In this document: positions 48,250 to 57,209 of the stretch, piece by piece
Numbering within the stretch: the first letter of the stretch is position 1
How the letters are laid out: every line of letters starts with the position of its first letter
NCBI GenBank assembly: GCA_965219445.1
Contig: CBDCNQ010000004.1
Location: forward strand, 768,001 to 832,000
Length of the DNA: 64,000 nucleotides
Direction: 5' to 3'
Origin: Longimicrobiales bacterium
GTDB lineage: Bacteria; Gemmatimonadota; Gemmatimonadetes; Longimicrobiales; Gaopeijiaceae
The notes under the pieces: model-generated
The model's input: only the letters and a program-made list of their open reading frames with translations
What the model was told of the DNA's origin: nothing
Database searches by the model: none
Translations under genes and position numbers: made by a program

Positions 48250-49971
48250 ATGACCGTCCTAGCCTGGACCTTCGTCTTGGTGGGCCTTTCCTTCGCCCTA
48301 TACATTGGGGTCGCTGTCTGGTCCCGGGCGCACTCCACGAGCGAGTTCTACGTAGCGGGCACCGGCGTTTCGCCACTGGCGAACGGTATGGCCACCGCGG
48401 CGGACTGGATGTCCGCGGCGTCTTTTATTTCCATGGCGGGGTTAATCGCCTTCCAGGGCTACGACGGGTCGGTGTACCTGATGGGGTGGACCGGCGGGTA
48501 CGTACTCCTGGCGCTACTCCTCGCCCCTTACCTCAGAAAGTTCGGGGCCTACACCGTGCCCGATTTCGTAGGGGACCGATACTATTCGCAAGCGGCACGC
48601 ATCGTGGCGGTGGTTTGCGCCATCTTCGTGTCGTTTACGTATGTGGCCGGCCAGATGCGCGGCGTCGGGATCGTCTTCAGTCGCTTCCTGGAGGTGCCCA
48701 TCGAGATTGGTGTGTTCATCGGCATGGGCATCGTCTTCTTCTACGCCGTCCTGGGCGGCATGAAGGGCATCACCTATACGCAGGTCGCCCAGTACTGCGT
48801 GTTGATCTTCGCGTACTTGGTGCCCGCGATATTCCTCTCGCTCCTGATCACCGGCAACGCGATCCCTCAGCTCGGCTTTGGAGGAGTCGACCAGACGAGC
48901 GGGACCTTTCTGCTCGACCGTCTGAACGATCTACACGCAGAGTTGGGCTTCACGGAGTACACGTCCGGCAGAAAATCCATGATCGACGTCTTCTTCATTA
49001 CCGCGGCCCTCATGGTGGGTACCGCCGGTCTTCCGCACGTGATCATCCGCTTCTACACGGTTCCCAAAGTGAGGGACGCCCGCATCAGCGTCGGCTGGGC
49101 CTTGGTGTTCATCGCCCTTCTTTACACGGCGGCGCCCGCTGTGGCGGTCTTCGCGCGAACCAACCTCCTGACCACGGTGTCGGAACAGCCGTATTCAGAG
49201 ATGCCCGAATGGTTCACGACTTGGGAAAGTACGGGCCTGATCTCCTTCGAAGACCGGAACGGGGACGGCGTCATCCAATTCGTGGGCCCCGAAGCACGGG
49301 ACGCCGCAGGAGCACCGATCGAGAACGAGCTCACGATCGATCAGGACATCATTGTCCTGGCCAACCCGGAAATCTCAGGCCTGCCCAACTGGGTGATCGG
49401 CTTGGTCGCGGCCGGTGGGCTGGCTGCGGCCCTGTCCACCGCCGCCGGACTTCTCCTCGTGGTCTCGTCCGCGGTCAGCCACGACCTCCTGAAGCGTGGC
49501 TTCAGGCCGGATATCACGGAGCACGGAGAGCTCATCGCGGCCCGCGTCAGCGCAGGACTCGCCGTGGTGGTCGCGGGCTACCTCGGGATCAACCCTCCCG
49601 GATTCGTGGCGGAGGTCGTCGCGTTCGCGTTCGGGCTCGCGGCGGCTTCTTTCTTCCCGGCCATCATCTTGGGGATTTTCTCCAAGCGCATGAACCGGGA
49701 AGGGGCCGTCCTGGGGATGATCGCAGGGATCACGTTCACGGCCACCTACATCGTGTATTTCAAGTTCATCAACCCGGGGGCGAACAACGCCGAGTACTGG
49801 TGGTTCGGAATCTCACCTGAAGGGATCGGCACGCTCGGCATGCTACTGAACTTCGCGGTCGCGCTCACGATCTCCCGTTTCACTCCCCCACCGCCCGCCC
49901 AGATCGCGCATCTCGTCGACCTCATCCGTGTACCCCGAGGCGCCGGGGAGGCCCACGAAATCAGCGGATAG
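48250..49971 (+). CDS. Sodium:solute symporter (ActP-related acetate/cation symporter family)
   Basis: NGMATAADWMSAASF, GWTGGYVL, YTVPDFVGDRY, GGMKGITYTQVAQY, GTAGLPH.I.RFYT. Confidence 0.93.
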   Translation: MTVLAWTFVLVGLSFALYIGVAVWSRAHSTSEFYVAGTGVSPLANGMATAADWMSAASFISMAGLIAFQGYDGSVYLMGWTGGYVLLALLLAPYLRKFGAYTVPDFVGDRYYSQAARIVAVVCAIFVSFTYVAGQMRGVGIVFSRFLEVPIEIGVFIGMGIVFFYAVLGGMKGITYTQVAQYCVLIFAYLVPAIFLSLLITGNAIPQLGFGGVDQTSGTFLLDRLNDLHAELGFTEYTSGRKSMIDVFFITAALMVGTAGLPHVIIRFYTVPKVRDARISVGWALVFIALLYTAAPAVAVFARTNLLTTVSEQPYSEMPEWFTTWESTGLISFEDRNGDGVIQFVGPEARDAAGAPIENELTIDQDIIVLANPEISGLPNWVIGLVAAGGLAAALSTAAGLLLVVSSAVSHDLLKRGFRPDITEHGELIAARVSAGLAVVVAGYLGINPPGFVAEVVAFAFGLAAASFFPAIILGIFSKRMNREGAVLGMIAGITFTATYIVYFKFINPGANNAEYWWFGISPEGIGTLGMLLNFAVALTISRFTPPPPAQIAHLVDLIRVPRGAGEAHEISG

Positions 49972-50027
49972 GAGAGCTCTGCACGAGCGGCCGCGCAGAT
50001 CATGCCAATGAGCGAGGCGGGAGCGGA

Positions 50028-50138
50028 GACCGGCTTCTTTACCTTCCATACATCGCGCTCACCAAGAAAAACCCAGGAGATGAGTGTCTCCACCACTTCG
50101 ATTCCAGCTTCCACCAGATCGTCTCTCAGGCTTCCCAT
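50028..50138 (-). pseudogene. N-terminal stub of an aminoglycoside-phosphotransferase-like/AAA_33 kinase gene
   Basis: VVETLISWVFLGERDVWKVKKPV resembles the family ETHISWVFL...(Y/W)KxKKPV start; similarity ends after 37 codons. Confidence 0.65.
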
Positions 50139-50328
50139 GGCTCGTCAACAACCCCGCTTCGAGTGCAGGTTCCTCTTGGTTTTACCCCTCAAGAGAGCAA
50201 TGCGGCCATCCCCCTTGAACTCGCCCCGCCACCCCGTATTATGGACCCCCATCAATACTAGGAACGGTCGAGCATGGGCGGATCCCCTCGCCGCGCTTTG
50301 CCGGGCCCACAGAGACCGGACAGTCAAC

Positions 50329-50628
50329 ATGACGTACATCGATCCATGTGAAGTTTCTCCAAACCACTACCGAGAGCTTTTCAACAACGAGCACCTGAGG
50401 GTGGTCGAAATGTCGCTACCAGCCGGAGAGAAGGACAACGAGCACTCCCACCCGAACGAAACGGCCTATTTCATCAAGGGTGGCAAACTCAAGATCTATG
50501 TGGGTGACGAGTCGATGGAAGCCGAGATCCCCGACGGCCACGTGATGTACCACGAGGCCTGGACGCACACCGTGGAGAATATCGGGGATACGGATGTCCT
50601 CGCCATCATCTACGAGCCCCACCCGTAA
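50329..50628 (+). CDS. Small cupin-domain protein
   Basis: LFNNEHLRVVE, HSHP, HTVENIG. Confidence 0.85.
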   Translation: MTYIDPCEVSPNHYRELFNNEHLRVVEMSLPAGEKDNEHSHPNETAYFIKGGKLKIYVGDESMEAEIPDGHVMYHEAWTHTVENIGDTDVLAIIYEPHP

Positions 50629-50651
50629 CGGGCGCGAAACGGCTCTTTCAG

Positions 50652-51263
50652 ATGGAAAGTTGGTGGGCCAAGGGCCTCCTTTTCGAGAACTGCAACTGCC
50701 AAGTCGTGTGTCCGGGTCACGTCCACTTCTCCAACAAATGCACGCACGAGCGCTGCATCGGCTATTGGGCGATCCGATTCGATGAAGGCGCATACGGGGA
50801 CGTAGACCTCGCGGGCGTGAGAGCCGTCGTCGGGTACGACTCCCCGCAACACATGGTCTCGGGACGGTGGACTGAATCCCTCATCATCGACGAGCGTGCT
50901 TCCGAGGCACAGCGAACAGCTGTCGAGACCATTCTCACCGGGCGCGCCGGCGGCCCCTGGGCGGTGCTGGACCGCTTTGTGGAGCGGCGCCTGCCGACCC
51001 GGACGCTTCCCGTCGAGATCACCGACGAGGATGCGGTTAAGGGGGTCGCGATCGAAGGGCTTCTGGAGAGCGCCATCGAGAACATCCGAGGGTGGGACCG
51101 GAGCCGGCCTGTTACTTTCATGAACATGTTCAACCAGATTCACGGCTCCACTCAAGTGATCGCGGAGGGTGACACCGCCTACGACGACGGTGAGATTGTT
51201 GTGAAGAACGAGGGCACACATGCGCTTCACAGCCACTTCGACTGGTCGGTGACCCCGGAGTGA
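50652..51263 (+). CDS. DUF1326 family protein
   Basis: FENCNCQVVCP, G..GDVDL.G, IIDERASEAQR.A...I..G..GGP. Confidence 0.85.
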   Translation: MESWWAKGLLFENCNCQVVCPGHVHFSNKCTHERCIGYWAIRFDEGAYGDVDLAGVRAVVGYDSPQHMVSGRWTESLIIDERASEAQRTAVETILTGRAGGPWAVLDRFVERRLPTRTLPVEITDEDAVKGVAIEGLLESAIENIRGWDRSRPVTFMNMFNQIHGSTQVIAEGDTAYDDGEIVVKNEGTHALHSHFDWSVTPE

Positions 51264-51276
51264 CGACCAGCACTCG

Positions 51277-51879
51277 GTGATGGCCCCGACCCCGCACCAA
51301 GCCGGTATCTTGGCCACGACTGCCATGTGGATGGCCATGATGACGGTCATGATGTTACCCGTGATCACTCCGTGGCTGCTCGGCTTCGCGGCCCTGTCCC
51401 GCGACCGGGAGTCTGGAACCATTCGGCCGGGGTGGGTCGCTCTCTTCGCTCTCGGGTACGCCGCCGTCTGGACCGGCTTCAGCGTGCTGGCCGCGTCGCT
51501 CCAGGTCGGGATGCAAGGCTGGAGCCTCCCGCCTCTAGGTGGACTCGTCCTGATCGGTGCCGGCCTCTACCAAGTGACGCCTGCCAAGGCGACATGTCTC
51601 GACCACTGTCGGACACCGTTGAGCTACTTCCTCACGCACTGGCGGAACGGCCCAGGGGGCGCCTTCAAGATGGGACTCTCGCACGGGGCTTTTTGTGTGG
51701 GCTGCTGCTGGGCATTCATGCTCTCCGGATTCGCCCTCGGACTGATGAGTCTGGTGTGGATGGGCGGTTTCACAGCGATCATCGGTATCGAAACCCTCGC
51801 GCCCCACGGAAAACGGATCGGCCGGTTCGCAGGAGCCGGAATGGTCCTATGGGGACTCACACTACTAACGGGATTCTGA
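51277..51879 (+). CDS. DUF2182 putative metal-binding integral membrane protein
   Basis: MW..M...MMLP, GY..VW..F, AGLYQ.TP.K..CL..CR.P, G..HG.FC.GCCW..M. Confidence 0.88.
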   Translation: MMAPTPHQAGILATTAMWMAMMTVMMLPVITPWLLGFAALSRDRESGTIRPGWVALFALGYAAVWTGFSVLAASLQVGMQGWSLPPLGGLVLIGAGLYQVTPAKATCLDHCRTPLSYFLTHWRNGPGGAFKMGLSHGAFCVGCCWAFMLSGFALGLMSLVWMGGFTAIIGIETLAPHGKRIGRFAGAGMVLWGLTLLTGF

Positions 51880-51881
51880 GG

Positions 51882-53630
51882 TTGGCCAACCGTACCAAAG
51901 TCACCGGAAACAGCCTCCGGCATGCCTTTCAGGAGATTATTTGGCCCCGCCGCAAACTCATCGCGGTGGGCCTATTCCTGATACTTCTCAATCGACTCAG
52001 CGGGCTGGTCCTTCCAGCCTCCACGAAGTACCTGGTCGACGACGTACTCGTCCAAGGTCAGTTCGATCTGCTCTTCCGTCTGTTGGGTCTCCTGGTGGTG
52101 GCCGTGTGCATTCAGGCAGCCTCTGGCTACCTCCTGACGCTCCTCCTCAGCGTCGAAGCGCAACACCTGATCGCCCAGCTCCGCTCCCAGGTCCAGCGGC
52201 ATGTCCTCACGCTGCCCGTGCGTTTCTTCGACAGTATGAAGTCCGGAGAGTTGGTCTCGCGCATCATGAACGACGTGGAAGGAGTCCGCAATCTTGTGGG
52301 AACCGGCTTGGTTCAACTGGTCGGAGGCACGATTACGGCGATCGTCGCGTTCATCTTCCTCGCACGGATCGATTTCGTTATGACCCTGCTGGTCCTGGTT
52401 CCTTTGGGGCTCTTCGGCTTCGTGTCGACCCGGGCGTTCCAGACGCTGCGCCCCGCATTTCGCGAACGGGGGCAGATTCGCGCGGAAGTCACCGGGCGCC
52501 TTACCGAGGCGCTCGGCGGCATTCGCGTCATCAAGGGTTTCCACGCGCTCGAGAAGGAGGGCGAGATCTTCGAGGACGGTGTGCTCCGCATCTACCAAAA
52601 CGTCAAGACGACGCTGACAACGTCGAGCACGGTTAGCAGCCTCGGCACGTTCTTCATCGGCACCGCGAGCGTGCTCATCATGGGCTACGGTGGCCGGCAG
52701 ATCCTTCAGGGGTCGCTAACGCTGGGGGATCTCTTCTCTTTCACGCTCTTCATGGGATTCCTGATCGCGCCGATCGTGCAGATGGCCAACATCGGGACCC
52801 AGATGACGGAGGCGTTCGCCGGCCTCGATCGGACGGCGGACCTCCTCTCCTGGCCCTCGGAGGACGACGATCCCCGGCGCACTGAGACCATGCCGATTGT
52901 AGAGGGACGTGTCGTGTTCGAGGACGTCAGTTTCGCCTACGAAGAGGACAAACCGGTCCTCCGAGGTATCAATTTCGAGGCTGATCCGGGCACCGTCATT
53001 GCCCTCGTAGGCAGTTCGGGCTCCGGAAAGTCGACTCTGGCTGGATTGGCGGCGACCTTCCTGACCCCTGATTCCGGCCGGGTTCTGATGGACGACGTAG
53101 ACCTGGCCACCGTGAGGCTGTCGAGTTACCGGTCACAGCTCGGCCTCGTGCTGCAGGACGACTTTCTTTTCGACGGCACCATCCGCGAAAACCTGCTCTT
53201 CGCACGACCCGATGCCAGTGACCCGGACCTACAGGATGCGGCAGATCAGGCCTACGTCACGGAGTTCACCGATCGCTTCCCGGAGGGCTTGGACACGGTC
53301 ATCGGCGAGCGCGGCGTCAAGCTTTCAGGGGGCCAGCGCCAGCGGGTCACCATCGCCCGGGCACTGCTGTCCGATCCACGTGTACTGCTGCTCGACGAGG
53401 CCACGTCCAGCCTCGACACGGAGAGCGAGGCACTGATTCAGCAAAGCCTGGGAGGACTCCTTCAGGACCGTACCACGTTCGTCATCGCCCACCGTCTCTC
53501 GACCATTCAACGAGCCGATCTCATCCTGGTCATCGAGGACGGTGAGATCGTCGAGCGCGGCCGCCATGACGAGCTGATCGAAATAGACGGGCGCTACCAC
53601 CAACTCTACACGGTACAGGCGAGGATCTAG
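51882..53630 (+). CDS. ABC exporter, fused permease/ATPase (MsbA-like)
   Basis: TM domain; Walker A GSSGSGKST, LSGGQRQR, LLLDEATS, IAHRLST; TTG start near 51882. Confidence 0.93.
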   Translation: MANRTKVTGNSLRHAFQEIIWPRRKLIAVGLFLILLNRLSGLVLPASTKYLVDDVLVQGQFDLLFRLLGLLVVAVCIQAASGYLLTLLLSVEAQHLIAQLRSQVQRHVLTLPVRFFDSMKSGELVSRIMNDVEGVRNLVGTGLVQLVGGTITAIVAFIFLARIDFVMTLLVLVPLGLFGFVSTRAFQTLRPAFRERGQIRAEVTGRLTEALGGIRVIKGFHALEKEGEIFEDGVLRIYQNVKTTLTTSSTVSSLGTFFIGTASVLIMGYGGRQILQGSLTLGDLFSFTLFMGFLIAPIVQMANIGTQMTEAFAGLDRTADLLSWPSEDDDPRRTETMPIVEGRVVFEDVSFAYEEDKPVLRGINFEADPGTVIALVGSSGSGKSTLAGLAATFLTPDSGRVLMDDVDLATVRLSSYRSQLGLVLQDDFLFDGTIRENLLFARPDASDPDLQDAADQAYVTEFTDRFPEGLDTVIGERGVKLSGGQRQRVTIARALLSDPRVLLLDEATSSLDTESEALIQQSLGGLLQDRTTFVIAHRLSTIQRADLILVIEDGEIVERGRHDELIEIDGRYHQLYTVQARI

Positions 53631-53671
53631 GATCCCCACCATCATAGGAACGTCGTACATGGAGAAGAGAA

Positions 53672-54328
53672 ATGCCTGACAGGACGGACGAGCAGAGAAT
53701 TCGTGTATTGAATGGCGGTCCGTACCGGGTCGAAGGAGGAGTGCCGATCCTCGATCACGAGGGCACCGGAATCGAGGCTCCCCCGGCGTACTCTCTCTGC
53801 CGCTGCGGGGGATCGGAAAACAAGCCGTTTTGCGATGGGACCCACATGGACAACAACTTCAACGGTCAGGAGTTTGCCAGCAAAGACACCGCTGCGGATC
53901 GGGCGGAGAGCTGCGCGGGCGAAAGCGTCACGATTCACGACGATCGCAGCCGCTGTGCCCACTCGGGCCTGTGCACCGATAATCTGAGTGAAGTGTTCAA
54001 ATTGGGCGTTGAGCCGTGGATCGATCCAAACGGTGCCGAAGCAGACGAGATTATCCGAGTGGTGAGCTTGTGTCCGTCGGGCGCTCTGAGCTATTCGGTG
54101 GGGGACTCTGCTGAGCCTGTCGAGAGCCCCGAGGGGCCTAGCATCACCGTGGCGAGGGATGCGCCCTACTGGGTGCGGGGTGTGCAGGTGGTGGCGGGGG
54201 ATGGTGAGGCATACGACGTCCGCGAACGGCAGGCTCTTTGCCGCTGCGGTGGATCACACAACAAGCCGTTCTGTGACGGGTCGCACTGGTATATGGGCTT
54301 CAAGCATGAGATGGGGGCCGACAGCTGA
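53672..54328 (+). CDS. CDGSH iron-sulfur protein (CDGSH - ferredoxin-like - CDGSH)
   Basis: CRCGGSENKPFCDGTH, CAHSGLC, CPSGAL, CRCGGSHNKPFCDGSH. Confidence 0.92.
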   Translation: MPDRTDEQRIRVLNGGPYRVEGGVPILDHEGTGIEAPPAYSLCRCGGSENKPFCDGTHMDNNFNGQEFASKDTAADRAESCAGESVTIHDDRSRCAHSGLCTDNLSEVFKLGVEPWIDPNGAEADEIIRVVSLCPSGALSYSVGDSAEPVESPEGPSITVARDAPYWVRGVQVVAGDGEAYDVRERQALCRCGGSHNKPFCDGSHWYMGFKHEMGADS

Positions 54329-54352
54329 GATTCACCTTGACCGCCTCACCGA

Positions 54353-55219
54353 CTAACTACTGGGTCCGAATCGCAGCCGGCTTTCCTCGAAGTACTCCTC
54401 GTCCGTCATCTCCCGCCCCATGTCGATCCACTCCTCATCGGTCATTCGGGCACGGCCATCGATGACTCGTGGCGCACGCTCTCCGACGAGATAGCGAAAG
54501 CGTGGATCAGGATCGTCGAGCGCGTTGGCGATCACCTCGGCGACCACGCTCGGTGGCTCCGCGCCGCCTCGAGCATGCCTGTACAGCGCCTGCATCCTTC
54601 GCAAATGAGGGGCGTACGGCCCATCGCCGACCTCGATGTCGCCAACCTTGTCGAGAATCGGCGTCGTGATAAAACTGGGCTCGATCACGATGACTCGGAT
54701 CCCGAGGCGCCTCGTCTCGATGGCAACAGCCTCACTCAGGGCTTCCAGGGCAAACTTGCTCGCGGCGTAGATGCCGTGTCCAGCGCTCACCATGCGACCC
54801 GCTACCGATGAGACGTTCACTATCGTGCCGCTCCTCCTCTCTCTCATCCCCGGAATCACGGCCTGCATCATCCGGAGCGGTCCGAAGACGTTTGTCTCGA
54901 AGAGGGCCTTGGCGTCCTCGATGGGCACCTCCTCGACGCTCGTGAGCATTCCCAACCCGGCGTTGTTGACGAGAGCGTCAATCCGGTCGGAACGTTCGAT
55001 GACTCCGCCAACCGCCGAGGCCACGGACGCGGAGTCGTCGACATCCAGCGCAATGAGCTCCAGATCCAGCCCTTCCTCTTCCACTGCACGTCGGAGCCCG
55101 CCACCGGAAGCCTCGGGCGTGCGCATGGAGGCGTAGACCGTATGGCCCAGCCGCGCAAAATGGAGGGCGGTGGCTTCGCCGATCCCGGTGCTGGCCCCGG
55201 TGACGAGAGTAACCATCAT
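54353..55219 (-). CDS. SDR oxidoreductase
   Basis: TGASTGIG, NNAG, NVSS, YAASK; overlaps the msrA stop. Confidence 0.92.
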   Translation of the reverse strand: MMVTLVTGASTGIGEATALHFARLGHTVYASMRTPEASGGGLRRAVEEEGLDLELIALDVDDSASVASAVGGVIERSDRIDALVNNAGLGMLTSVEEVPIEDAKALFETNVFGPLRMMQAVIPGMRERRSGTIVNVSSVAGRMVSAGHGIYAASKFALEALSEAVAIETRRLGIRVIVIEPSFITTPILDKVGDIEVGDGPYAPHLRRMQALYRHARGGAEPPSVVAEVIANALDDPDPRFRYLVGERAPRVIDGRARMTDEEWIDMGREMTDEEYFEESRLRFGPSS

Positions 55220-55764
55220 CGATCCTTGAGCTTGTGAGCGAACTTCTTCCTTAGTTTCGCGACTTTGGGGTCGATCACCACCTGGCAGTAGGGCTGGTTC
55301 CGGTTTCGTCGAAAGTACTCCTGATGGTCCGGCTTGGCCGGGTAGAACACATCGAAGGGTGTGACCTCCGTGACGATCGGATCGGCCCAAACGCCCTGTG
55401 CGGTCAACTCTGCTATCACCGCCTCCGCGGTCTCCCTTTGCTCCTCAGAGTGATAGAAGATCGCCGATCGGTATTGAGCCCCGACATCTCCCCCCTGACG
55501 ATTCAGCGTCGTGGGGTCGTGCATAGCAAAGAAGACCTCGATGATTTCCCGAAAGCTCGTGAGCGACGGGTCCACCCGAAGCTGGACGACCTCGGCGTGC
55601 CCGGTGAGCCCCGAGCAAAGTTGCTCGTAGGTCGGATTCGGCTCGGGACCGCCCGAGGCACCCGACACCACGCTCTCGACACCCTCGAGTAACTCGAAGA
55701 CGGCCTCCATGCACCAGTAGCAGCCCCCGCCGAGGGTGACGAGCTCCAGCGATCCGCCGTTCAC
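55216..55764 (-). CDS. msrA: Peptide methionine sulfoxide reductase A
   Basis: GGGCYWCME, PTYEQLC, TGHAEVV, HDPTTLNRQG.D.G.QYRS, HQEY, PYC. Confidence 0.95.
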   Translation of the reverse strand: MNGGSLELVTLGGGCYWCMEAVFELLEGVESVVSGASGGPEPNPTYEQLCSGLTGHAEVVQLRVDPSLTSFREIIEVFFAMHDPTTLNRQGGDVGAQYRSAIFYHSEEQRETAEAVIAELTAQGVWADPIVTEVTPFDVFYPAKPDHQEYFRRNRNQPYCQVVIDPKVAKLRKKFAHKLKDR

Positions 55765-55827
55765 GAGTCCCGAGGAGTCAGGGCCGGAGCTCCGGCGACC
55801 GTATCGGTCCGACCGGTGACTCGGACT

Positions 55828-56277
55828 TCACGCCGCCGCAATGCATTCGATTTCCACGCGAGCGGTCCCCGACATGCCCGCCCCGACGGCGGTCCGGGCC
55901 GGCTTGTTCTCCGGGAAGAATCCCATATAGACCTCGTTCATGGCACCCCACTCAGCCATATCGGCCAAGAAGACGGTGCACTTCAAGACGCGGTCCATCG
56001 AGGATCCGAAGCGTTCGAGTGCGTCTTGAATGGATTCGAGAGCACGGCGAGTTTCGGGCTGGACTCCGCTCTCCCCTCCCCCCCCGAGCTTTCCGGCCAA
56101 GAAAAGTAGTCCACCGTACCGAACTCCTTCGGAGTACGGCGCCCGAGGGTTGGGATTCAGATACTCGGGGGCGGCGTCTTGCTGGATCGCCGGCTGGGCG
56201 GCGCCAGTCTCTGATACGGGCGGTTGGCAAGCGACGATTGCGAGGAACAGGGCGAGCGCGGTCGCTCCTCGAAACAT
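55828..56277 (-). CDS. RidA/YjgF family protein with lipoprotein signal
   Basis: AGGAGG SD; LAIVAC lipobox; PYS, V.K.TVFL.DM, MNEVY..FF, PART, VEIECIA. Confidence 0.88.
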   Translation of the reverse strand: MFRGATALALFLAIVACQPPVSETGAAQPAIQQDAAPEYLNPNPRAPYSEGVRYGGLLFLAGKLGGGGESGVQPETRRALESIQDALERFGSSMDRVLKCTVFLADMAEWGAMNEVYMGFFPENKPARTAVGAGMSGTARVEIECIAAA

Positions 56278-56437
56278 GGTGATCCTCCTGAACGAGATGA
56301 GTGGCTGGTAGAACCTATGCCCGCAGCCCCCGGATGCGCACGGGCACGTCACTTTCCCGCCTTGCGGCAGAGGCACATACCCACCCAATTGGTCGCTTGC
56401 TCGGATCTCCCTCGAGGAGCCGAAGGGTGGTGGATGG

Positions 56438-57130
56438 ATGCATCTGACCCGATCCAAGTTCGAGGCGACAGAAAGCTCGGGCGACGTCTCGGCGTTGCTC
56501 ATGCGCCCGGTCGACGCCGATTGCTTGCTCGTGCTGGCGCACGGCGCCGGCGCTGGGATGGAGCATCCTTTCATGGAGGCTCTGGCCGTCCGGCTGGCCG
56601 ACCGGCGGATCGCCACTTTTCGGTACCAGTTCCCCTACATGGAGCATGGACGTGGGCGCCCCGATTATCAGCCCATTCTCCTGAAGACCGTGCGGTCGGC
56701 AGTATCTGCAGCCTCGGTGCTCTCCGACGGGCTTCCCCTTTTCGCCGGGGGCAAGTCCATGGGTGGCCGAATGACGTCATTGGCCGCTGCGAAGCAACCT
56801 CTTGCGGCTGTGCAAGGTATCGTCTTCTTCGCCTTCCCCCTTCATCCCGCCCACAAGCCCGGTGTCGAACGGGCCGAGCATTTGAGGGAAGTCGATGTCC
56901 CGTTGCTTTTCCTACAAGGGACCCGGGACAAGATGGCCCCCCTCGATCTGCTGGAGGCCGCTCGTCAAGATCTCCTACAGACCGCTACGCTCCACGTGGT
57001 CGAGGGAGCGGATCACGGCTTTCACGTCTTGAAGAGGTCCGGTCGCACGGACGACGAGGTTCAGGACGAACTCGCGGATGCGACTCGATCCTGGATCGAC
57101 GGTCTCACGAGTAGCGCCCCGCCGTCCTAA
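56438..57130 (+). CDS. Alpha/beta hydrolase (KANL3/Tex30-like)
   Basis: LAHGAGAGM, FPYM, GGKSMGGRM (Ser elbow), QGTRD, GADHGF. Confidence 0.88.
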   Translation: MHLTRSKFEATESSGDVSALLMRPVDADCLLVLAHGAGAGMEHPFMEALAVRLADRRIATFRYQFPYMEHGRGRPDYQPILLKTVRSAVSAASVLSDGLPLFAGGKSMGGRMTSLAAAKQPLAAVQGIVFFAFPLHPAHKPGVERAEHLREVDVPLLFLQGTRDKMAPLDLLEAARQDLLQTATLHVVEGADHGFHVLKRSGRTDDEVQDELADATRSWIDGLTSSAPPS

Positions 57131-57209
57131 ATTCCGAAGAACGCTGAAACCGCGACGTTGAGAATTCCGAGGAACAGACTGTCACGGTCCTGCCGGTACC
57201 ACCCCGAGT

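Noticed and set aside
51327..51881. N-terminal extension of the ABC transporter ORF
   Set aside because: It overlaps DUF2182 in another frame; the true start is near 51882.
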